DNA of 32,000 nt, from assembly GCA_035574295.1 (NCBI GenBank), contig DATLYX010000125.1, positions 1 through 32,000 on the forward strand. Reading direction: 5' to 3'. Each line of letters starts with the position of its first letter. The stretch's first letter is position 1. The notes beneath the pieces were generated by a model that was given only the letters and a program-made list of their open reading frames with translations, was not told the DNA's origin and ran no database searches. Below are positions 23,548 through 30,928 of the stretch, in pieces. Position numbers and translations under genes: made by a program. The stretch comes from Xanthobacteraceae bacterium. Lineage in GTDB: Bacteria > Pseudomonadota > Alphaproteobacteria > Rhizobiales > Xanthobacteraceae.

Positions 23548-26500
23548 CTACGTCTTGAGCCGCAGGTCGGGGCTGACCTCCTCCAGCAGCCCGTTGATCG
23601 ATTCGACGGTCTCGGTGCTGATTTCCTGGCCGTCTCCCAACGTGACGGAGAGTTGGAACTGCAGGGGCACCCCAGCGGCCGCCTTGACGACGTCCGGCAG
23701 CACGTCGACCAGGTCTTGCAGCGCGGACGGCTCCAGGGCAGCCGAAGACGTATAGACGCCCTTCGGCTTCGGCACATACCCGCCTGGTTGAGGCTCCGCC
23801 ATTCCGCCCGGGGCGGCAGGCTGCTTCAGCATTACCGCCGAAGCGCCCGCCATATCGCATGGCCACGTGCCGCTCCCAGACGCGAGCTCAAGCCACCGGG
23901 CCTTGATCGCATCGTCGATGGCGCGCCGTAGGACCGTCCACGGAATGGGGTGGTCGGTCTGGGCAGACAACGCGACCGAAAGCGCAAGCGCCGTGGTTTG
24001 CCCATCTTTCCATGCGTCCGGCACCGCATCCTGCATCAGGCGGTTGACCGGCAGCGGCGGCATCGGTGCCCGCAGCTGGGCGGTCGCGGTCAGCACGCCG
24101 GAGGGTACCGGCTCGCCCTGGAAGCTTGCGGGTCCGTTCACGAGCCAGAGGATGCCCTGGCGGACAGCATCCGAGATCGCCGCCTCGACGGCCGCCCTCG
24201 GACAGGCCGGGATGACCACCGGCTCCTCATATCCCTCCCGCTGCACCATGACCGTCCGGCCGCCCGCAAAATAGGAGATCACGTCGGCGACGGTCACGGC
24301 GTCGCCGTTCCAGAGGCCCGGCAGGACACTGGGAGCTAGAACGCTCGGGTGGAGTTCGGACAGTGTCGCCTTTTCAGGCAGGAACACCTCGAGCGCCGGC
24401 TCCCTGCGCGCCGCCTCGTCAATCGGCGTGCGCCACCAGGTCCTGACCGACTTGTCGGGCCGGGTGAGCGACGCAACGAAAATGCCCGCCTGGACGCCCT
24501 GGTCGATGGTGTCGAGGATCTCCTTCTGGCGCAGCATCTTCGGCAGCTTCGGGTTCTCCGCGAACGCACTTACCAGGTCCTTCACGCGGCGTGACGGCTC
24601 GTCCTTGCGCCACAGGTCATAGGGCCCGCCCGGCAACATCGCCTCGGCGCTGATCGCGGTGTCCTGAATGCGCGAGCGCTTGTCCGCCTTGACGGTCGAG
24701 AACAGCGGCTCCGAGCCGACCGTGACCTTGAATGCGTGGATGTCGTTCTGCTCGTTGACGGTCACGACGATCGACCACGCCTGGCGGATCGCCTCCGGAA
24801 TCCGCCTGCGCGCCTCCTCGGTCCAACGGGCCAGCATTTCCTCCCGGATAGGATCCTGCGGCTGGTCCTTGAGCTGGCTGCGCACCTCCTCCCAGCCGAG
24901 ATATTCCCGAATCCGGGTGCGGACGGCGTCGAGGCCATCGCGCGACGGCGCAACCAGCACCACCGCATTGCGGTAGGTCCGCGGGCGGTCCGGTCCCGTC
25001 GTCTCATCGATGAAGCGCCGCGCTTCCGCGCTCGGCTTGCCCGAGTCCGAGACGGCCTTGGGACCGAGGATGGCGAAATGGAAATCCCCGTCGTTCTCGA
25101 TGTCGCGCGGCCGCTCGGGAAGCGTGTGGACGCGCGCACCGGCCGCCGCTGCCCCCTGCGTCAGGCTCTTCGTCTGCTGGACATCGGCCAGCAGCTTCAG
25201 CTCGATCGCTTCCGCCGTCACACGGTTGGCGCAGGCGTCGTGATGCATCTGCTTCAGGTTCGGCCGGTTGCCGAGTCGCCACGCCTTCGGCAGCGCCTTT
25301 GACTGGCCATTGTCCGCGACATCGCTCGCAAACTCGGCTTCGTCGAGGAACCAGGACAACTCTGTCCAGCGGCGCAGACCCTTCTCGAGTTCGATGCGGT
25401 CGGGGCGCGTCGCGCTCACCAGAGCGACGAGATCCGGCGTGCGCGCCTTCTGACCAATCGGCTGAGAGCTCAGGAACACCGCGCAGACGGCCTGCTCCAT
25501 CTCCCGGAACTTGAGCCCAGGCTGCTCCGTCTGGATCGCGCGCGCCTTGGCGAGCTCGCCTTCGAGGATCGCGGTCCACTCGTGCCCGCGGCCCTCGGTC
25601 ACTTCGCGCGTCGCGATGCCGGTCAGCTCGCGCGCCGCCTCGGCGATGCCCGTTTGCTCCGGCGCCGGCAGGAACACGTTCGGGCCGACCAGGGGCGAGC
25701 TGTCCCATTTCTCCGCGTCGCGCAGCGCCAGCGCGAATGTGCGCAGGATGCCGCGCGTGCGCTGGAAGCCGTCGAGCTGCGTCCAGCGCGTGTAGAAGAT
25801 GTCGGTAAGGTCGGGGTGGAAGGGATAGCTGCGGAGGAAGCGGTCCTCCGCGTTCTTCCTGTCTTTGCGCACCGTCTCATCGAGCTCGGCGATGTTCGCC
25901 ACCGCCGTCGTGACATGCGGCCGGAAGGACTCGGTGTCGGCGATCGACGCCGTCTCGAAGAAGCGGCGCCGCAGCACCTCGGCCACGTCCTCCTTCTGCA
26001 CCGGCTGGACACCTTCCTCCTTCTGGCGGTTGAAGATCTCGAAGATCTGGGCGATCAGCTCCTTGCCGAACGGATCGCTCTTCTCCGGGTCGGACGCGAG
26101 GAGCGAGGCGACCATGGCGCAGCGGTCGACCTTGGCGACGGCCTGGCAGAGGTACTGGAAGAAGTCGATCAGCCGGCCGCGCCAGACCTCGGCCATCGCC
26201 ACCTTCTCGCGGGCGTACATCAGCACCTCGTCGATGAGGACGAGGGTCGAGAGCCCTTCCGCTTGCGGCCTGGACAGCAGATCGACGAGCAGCGGCTCGG
26301 CAGGCGGCGTCTCCCGCTCCTCGCTCTTGCCGTCGGCATTGAGGGCGCGCAAGCCCTCATCGCCAGCAATCTGGAAGGCGAGCACGCTCCAAGGATGCTT
26401 GAGCCAGCGCATCTCGCCCTTGGGCCCGCGCACCTCCATGCCCTTTTCGACGTCGAGCTTGTCGAAGCTCAAGGCCACGACGCGCGCCTTCGGCAGCGGG

Positions 26501-26874
26501 GCGCCGATATGGGACTTGAACTGCTCGACCGCGGGCAGCGACGGAAGCGACGCTGGGTCGTGTACGAGGTGGCGCAGCGTCACCAGCGTGTGCGTCTTGC
26601 CGCCGCCATATGTGAGTTCCAGCTGGCGGATCGCCTTGGTGTTTCTGCCGGCAAGGCGCAGCACCACATCGCGCGCCAGCTCCCTCAGCGAGAAGGTCGG
26701 ATAGGTGAGCGCGAAGAACCGGGCCGGATCCTCATAGATCGGCCGTGCGCCCCTCTGCATCATCACGTCGTGCAGGTCGGCCGCGAAATCGGCGAGCGAC
26801 AGCGCGCCCGTGCGCACGTCCTCGCGCAGCTTCACCACGCCGTGCCAGGGAGTCCAGGGAAGTTTCGGTGCCAT
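23548..26874 (-). CDS. DUF499-family P-loop ATPase (about 1108 aa)
   Basis: The ATG at 26874 lies 1 nt after the methylase stop, with GGAGG at 26881-26885. Walker A LTYGGGKTH (GGGKT at 26593-26607) and Walker B LVLIDE (26227-26244) are present. The N-terminal WHGVVKLREDVRTGALSLADFAADL and the overall length are typical of DUF499 proteins. Confidence 0.85.
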   Translation of the reverse strand: MAPKLPWTPWHGVVKLREDVRTGALSLADFAADLHDVMMQRGARPIYEDPARFFALTYPTFSLRELARDVVLRLAGRNTKAIRQLELTYGGGKTHTLVTLRHLVHDPASLPSLPAVEQFKSHIGAPLPKARVVALSFDKLDVEKGMEVRGPKGEMRWLKHPWSVLAFQIAGDEGLRALNADGKSEERETPPAEPLLVDLLSRPQAEGLSTLVLIDEVLMYAREKVAMAEVWRGRLIDFFQYLCQAVAKVDRCAMVASLLASDPEKSDPFGKELIAQIFEIFNRQKEEGVQPVQKEDVAEVLRRRFFETASIADTESFRPHVTTAVANIAELDETVRKDRKNAEDRFLRSYPFHPDLTDIFYTRWTQLDGFQRTRGILRTFALALRDAEKWDSSPLVGPNVFLPAPEQTGIAEAARELTGIATREVTEGRGHEWTAILEGELAKARAIQTEQPGLKFREMEQAVCAVFLSSQPIGQKARTPDLVALVSATRPDRIELEKGLRRWTELSWFLDEAEFASDVADNGQSKALPKAWRLGNRPNLKQMHHDACANRVTAEAIELKLLADVQQTKSLTQGAAAAGARVHTLPERPRDIENDGDFHFAILGPKAVSDSGKPSAEARRFIDETTGPDRPRTYRNAVVLVAPSRDGLDAVRTRIREYLGWEEVRSQLKDQPQDPIREEMLARWTEEARRRIPEAIRQAWSIVVTVNEQNDIHAFKVTVGSEPLFSTVKADKRSRIQDTAISAEAMLPGGPYDLWRKDEPSRRVKDLVSAFAENPKLPKMLRQKEILDTIDQGVQAGIFVASLTRPDKSVRTWWRTPIDEAARREPALEVFLPEKATLSELHPSVLAPSVLPGLWNGDAVTVADVISYFAGGRTVMVQREGYEEPVVIPACPRAAVEAAISDAVRQGILWLVNGPASFQGEPVPSGVLTATAQLRAPMPPLPVNRLMQDAVPDAWKDGQTTALALSVALSAQTDHPIPWTVLRRAIDDAIKARWLELASGSGTWPCDMAGASAVMLKQPAAPGGMAEPQPGGYVPKPKGVYTSSAALEPSALQDLVDVLPDVVKAAAGVPLQFQLSVTLGDGQEISTETVESINGLLEEVSPDLRLKT

Positions 26875-26875
26875 G

Positions 26876-29800
26876 TCAGACCTCCATGGCCGTCTGCCGC
26901 GGCGCTGAGATGCCGCCGCGCGAGGCAATGTGGTTGGAGAGGGATTCCAGGATCGCGCGCTCCTCGGAGCCTGCCGGGGCCAGCTCGATCAGCGCCTGCA
27001 GGACTTTCGCGAACAGCGCGTTGCGCTTGAGCCCGCGCGAATCCAGGTAGTCATCGACCTTCGCCTCGTCGCCGGCGCGCCAGAGATGCATCAGCCGGTG
27101 CGCCTGGTCGATCAGCGGCACCGGGCGACCGCCCGGACCCTCAAAGCCCAGCCATTTGGCCTTGCGCTGGTGCCAGGGCTTCAGCTTGACCTTGTTTCCT
27201 TTGCCGCCGGAATCGCTGTCGGCGTCCTCGGCGTCGGTGTCGCTGTCCTCCTCGGCGTCCTCGGCACCGTCCAGATCGTCGAAGAGCGTGCCGCCGGTGC
27301 GCGAGAGGATGTCGAAGCGGTCGGCGAGATCGCTGTCCGAAAGGTTGCACGACAGCGCATAGAGGATGCAGGCGCCGATCGGCGCATCGTCGAGTCCGAA
27401 GTCGTTCCGGTGCAGGAGGTAGTAGGTGGTGATGTCGTCGAGGCCGCTCGCCATCTCGGCATCGCCGTTGTGCGAAAGGACCCGCCCCACCACGAAATCG
27501 ACCACGATCCGGCGCACCTCGCGCAGGAATTCCGAAACGGTCATGACCGCGCCGGGATCGTCGGCCTTCTTGACGACTGGGTATTTCGAGAAGGCTTCGA
27601 GTGCCGGTCCTGTTGCCGCCCAGACGAAGTCCGGCCCGCGGATGCCGGCATCCCAAAAGGCGCGGAGCTGGGTGTGGATGCGCTCGCGCATCTCGGCGAG
27701 GACCGCAGTGTCCCAGCCCGGCCGGGCGGCGGGGCGCTTCTTGCAGACGAGCCAGACGGAGGAGGCGAGCGCAGCGGATGCAAGCGACCGCGTGCGAACC
27801 TGCCGCTCAGTCTGGATGGGCCAGGAACCATCTACAACGAAGCCGGCGCGAATAAGGGCGGCAACTAGAGTCTCCCATGCATCTGGCTGTTTATTTGCGA
27901 ACACGACGACAAGACGGCCACTTGGCACCAGGGCCGTGTGACAAGCTTGGAACGCCCGCGCCATTCCGTTCTCGTAATTTGCCTTAGAGCGCGCCTTGTC
28001 GCCCTCAAAGCGACTGGCATCATCGATCAGTTCGCCGTCATCTGCCTCTCGGTCCCACTTAGGGCCGAGAGGAGAGTTGAACGCACCGTCTAAGGAGCCG
28101 TTGCTGGCTCCAACAGAGCGTCGCAGCCAGATGTAGAAGAAGTCCATCAAGTCGGAATAGGGGATGGCGTCGTAATAGGGCGGGTCGGTGATGATCGCGT
28201 CGTAACCTGTAAGACTATTTTCGATCGCCGACTTTCTCAGGATTGTCGGTTGAGAAGTCGTCGATGATGCGCGCGATGTGTGATCGAATACCTCTCCTAT
28301 CCACTCAATGGCCTGAACAAATCCACCAGATGAATCTACGAAGGGATTTCCTTCGGCGAAGTCCCAAGTTATCGGCAGAGCAAAGCGAGCAAAGCTATTG
28401 CGAAGCTTCTCCGGGTCGTTCTGCCATGTCGTGATTTGACTGCCACGGTCAGCAGCCCTATCCAAAGCACATGCAAGGCTGGCAACCAGCGCTTCCGACC
28501 ACGGCTGGGGAAACGAATTCGCTGTCGCAGCGTCCACCAGGGAGCGAATAACGAGCGCGAATGTCCCAAGCGAGACCAGCTGCCGATCCGTGAACAGCTT
28601 GGCCCACTGGTCGAAGCCGTAGCCGTCAACGGAGAATGCACGCGCCGCGCCGCTGCCTCCCTTCGGCGTCGGCTCCGTCGGCAGGCCGAACGGAATGCCG
28701 GCGTACAACGCATCGAGCTCGGCATTCGACACCTCGGCGGCGCGAAGCTCTTCGGCGGTTGGCAGCCGATACTCCTTGCCGTTCGGCCCATCGACGACCA
28801 CCGCCGTCATCACCGCGCCGAGCCGGCCGGCGCGCCCCTCAAGCCGGATGTCCTCCATCGTCATGATCGTCGGGCAGCAGGGGCATTGTGCGCCGGAGCG
28901 GCTCATGGTGCCGGCGCCCCGGCGCTTATCGTGCTCGCGCCGTTGCGCGGCGTTGCCGCCGACGAGCGGCACGTTGTTCTCAATGCCGAAGACGACGCCG
29001 GTCCGGTCGGCGTTCGGCGTCATGGTCAGCAGCACCCGCTTGTTGTCCTTCTTGGCGAGCCAGCGGGTCTTGAGCAGCGGAATGGTCGCGCGGCAGCCCT
29101 TGCAGCGCACCGTGCGCGCCCAGAGATAGGCCACCGTCGGCTTCGCCACCCAGCGCGGGTTGCGCGGATCGTTGAGATAGGCCCTGGCATAGCCCGCGTT
29201 GAGCGGCGCGACATCGACATTGCCGTCCGCGTCCGGCTCCAGCAGCTGAAGGGGCTGCGGCTCGAACGGCTTGTCGCCGGGCTCGAGCGGCTGGAACTCG
29301 GCATAGGTCGGATAGCGGTGGGCGAGCTTCCGGCGCGCTTGGGCAAGGACCCAGCGGCCCCAGGCACGCACCTGCCAGGCGAGATCGGCTTCGAGCAGCG
29401 GGTCGTGGGCGATCAGCTCGGGCTCCGCCTCCGTCCCATCCTCATCGAGGCCGAGTTTTGCGAGCTGGCGCTTCAGCGCCGCACCCTTGAAGCCTTTCGC
29501 CTTCAGGAAGGACTCCATGAAATCGCGGTCCTTGAGCGCGAAGTCCGGCAGCGGGCGGGTTTGCCCCGCGAGCTTCTGCGGGTATTCCAGCGTGCATTTC
29601 AGGATGAACCAGGCGACCGGGTTGATGTCGATCGCCGTCACCTCGCAGCCCAGGCGCATGGCCTCGAGCGGGATCGCGCCGCCGCCCGCGAAGGGATCGA
29701 GCACCTTCGGCGCGCGCCCGCCATAGGATTCGCGGATCTTTTCCCGGAACCAGTCGAGATCGGGGCCGCTCTCCCGCCCCCAATGCAGAATTCCGCCCTC

Positions 29801-30091
29801 CGTCTCGCGCTTGCGGACCTCGACCGTCCGCCCGCCGACCTTCTTCTGCTCGATCCTCTCCTTCACCGTGCCGGCAAGCCGCCGATAGATCGCCTTGCGC
29901 TCCTCCGCCTCGCCGGGATCGGGCAAGAGCGTGGCGATCAGCGCCGCGCGGCTTGCCGCGAGCGGCCGCCGCGCCGGCCAGATGTGCAGCGTCGAGATAT
30001 GCCCATGCCGGACGTTCTTCTCATGCACCGAGTCGAGCGACACCTGCTCCAGGGGGAAGTCGACTTCGATGAGGCGTTTATCGTTCGGCAT
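26876..30091 (-). CDS. DUF1156-domain DNA amino-methyltransferase with zinc ribbon (about 1071 aa)
   Basis: The true start is the ATG at 30091 (MPNDKRLIEVDFPLEQVSLDSVHEKNVRHGHISTLHIWPARRP, the DUF1156 N-terminus), 2 nt after the DUF3800 stop. Motif I DPFAGGG is at 29678-29698 (aa 132). Zinc ribbon CKGC is at 29093-29104 and CPCC at 28874-28885. Motif IV DPPY is at 28175-28186 (aa 636). The track extension to 30436 is an artefact. Confidence 0.9.
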   Translation of the reverse strand: MPNDKRLIEVDFPLEQVSLDSVHEKNVRHGHISTLHIWPARRPLAASRAALIATLLPDPGEAEERKAIYRRLAGTVKERIEQKKVGGRTVEVRKRETEGGILHWGRESGPDLDWFREKIRESYGGRAPKVLDPFAGGGAIPLEAMRLGCEVTAIDINPVAWFILKCTLEYPQKLAGQTRPLPDFALKDRDFMESFLKAKGFKGAALKRQLAKLGLDEDGTEAEPELIAHDPLLEADLAWQVRAWGRWVLAQARRKLAHRYPTYAEFQPLEPGDKPFEPQPLQLLEPDADGNVDVAPLNAGYARAYLNDPRNPRWVAKPTVAYLWARTVRCKGCRATIPLLKTRWLAKKDNKRVLLTMTPNADRTGVVFGIENNVPLVGGNAAQRREHDKRRGAGTMSRSGAQCPCCPTIMTMEDIRLEGRAGRLGAVMTAVVVDGPNGKEYRLPTAEELRAAEVSNAELDALYAGIPFGLPTEPTPKGGSGAARAFSVDGYGFDQWAKLFTDRQLVSLGTFALVIRSLVDAATANSFPQPWSEALVASLACALDRAADRGSQITTWQNDPEKLRNSFARFALPITWDFAEGNPFVDSSGGFVQAIEWIGEVFDHTSRASSTTSQPTILRKSAIENSLTGYDAIITDPPYYDAIPYSDLMDFFYIWLRRSVGASNGSLDGAFNSPLGPKWDREADDGELIDDASRFEGDKARSKANYENGMARAFQACHTALVPSGRLVVVFANKQPDAWETLVAALIRAGFVVDGSWPIQTERQVRTRSLASAALASSVWLVCKKRPAARPGWDTAVLAEMRERIHTQLRAFWDAGIRGPDFVWAATGPALEAFSKYPVVKKADDPGAVMTVSEFLREVRRIVVDFVVGRVLSHNGDAEMASGLDDITTYYLLHRNDFGLDDAPIGACILYALSCNLSDSDLADRFDILSRTGGTLFDDLDGAEDAEEDSDTDAEDADSDSGGKGNKVKLKPWHQRKAKWLGFEGPGGRPVPLIDQAHRLMHLWRAGDEAKVDDYLDSRGLKRNALFAKVLQALIELAPAGSEERAILESLSNHIASRGGISAPRQTAMEV

Positions 30092-30093
30092 AA

Positions 30094-30921
30094 TTATTTT
30101 CCCAAAGACATGAGCGAAGCCGGCGCGATCGAATTGAACCATCGCGAGGAGGCTCCATTCTGTTTTGCCGGCCAGCGGCAGCTGCGAGGAAGGAGCCTGC
30201 TTGCCAGGATGGCTACGTATTCTTCGATCAGCGCTTGCTCGCCCGCCCATTCCTCGGGTTTCTCGAAGTCCTTCATCTCGGCGTAGCGTCGAAATATGAA
30301 TGCGAACAGATCGGCGACCTGAACCAATCCCGCGTGGTGAGACTTGATGCTGAAGGTCGTATCCACGATCTGGTCCAGCCGGCCCTGCTTCTTTTGCCTG
30401 TCGTAATAGTCGTCGGTCCACTCCGGGGGCTGCCACAACAGATCGCTCAGCGCGTCTGCCTTCACTTTGTTGTCGTCAAAGATCAGGAACGTGTGCCCCT
30501 TATTCTTGTCCTTGTTTTGATGGGACTTTTGAATCTGTAAGGCAATATGCAGGCCTCCCGCTAGCCAATCATCGCGGCATTGCTTCGGAACGTCGGCAGT
30601 ATCATCCTTCTTCAGCTTGCTTCGGTCGATTGCTGAGAGCGCAAGGTAATGCTTGCGATCACCGATCCACTTGCAAAGATGGCCGGCAATCTTCTTGCGA
30701 ACTTCCGGATCGACCTTCCGCCAGCGGTCCCGGCCGAAGATCATCTTTGAGCCCTTAAGCTCTCGCAGGTTCTCTTCGAAAAGTCTCTGAACGTCGTCGA
30801 AAATCTCGGCGAATTCCTCCCGCGTCCGGTTCAGGCGATAGGCATCAACAAGGACCCCGACCATGACAAGGCAGGGATCCTGGGGGCTGTTGCCGCTCTC
30901 ATCGACGTAGCAGATTTTCAT
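30094..30921 (-). CDS. DUF3800-domain protein
   Basis: 275 aa. The N-terminal MKICYVDESGN and later HHAGLVQVADLFAFIFRR match the DUF3800 pattern. The ATG lies 7 nt after the helicase stop, and the stop lies 2 nt before the methylase ATG. GC content is visibly lower than in the neighbours. Confidence 0.8.
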   Translation of the reverse strand: MKICYVDESGNSPQDPCLVMVGVLVDAYRLNRTREEFAEIFDDVQRLFEENLRELKGSKMIFGRDRWRKVDPEVRKKIAGHLCKWIGDRKHYLALSAIDRSKLKKDDTADVPKQCRDDWLAGGLHIALQIQKSHQNKDKNKGHTFLIFDDNKVKADALSDLLWQPPEWTDDYYDRQKKQGRLDQIVDTTFSIKSHHAGLVQVADLFAFIFRRYAEMKDFEKPEEWAGEQALIEEYVAILASRLLPRSCRWPAKQNGASSRWFNSIAPASLMSLGK

Positions 30922-30928
30922 GTGCCCC

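Noticed and set aside
23526-23777. N-terminal extension of the TIGR02391 ORF, and the 26875-26928 extension of the DUF499 ORF
   Set aside because: Both extensions overlap the 3' end of the upstream gene in Arg-rich frames. Downstream starts with SD-like sequences give compact, non-overlapping operon junctions.
25582-30286. Plus-strand ORFs 25582-27030 (482 aa) and 28436-30286 (616 aa) within the defence operon
   Set aside because: They are antisense to the DUF499 and DUF1156 genes, which carry unambiguous Walker and methyltransferase motifs. The + frame products are Arg/Leu/Ala-rich with no motifs.
30092-30436. N-terminal 115 aa extension of the methylase ORF in the track (start at 30436)
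   Set aside because: The extension overlaps the DUF3800 gene in another frame and reads as junk. The canonical DUF1156 N-terminus begins at the ATG at 30091, directly after the DUF3800 stop.
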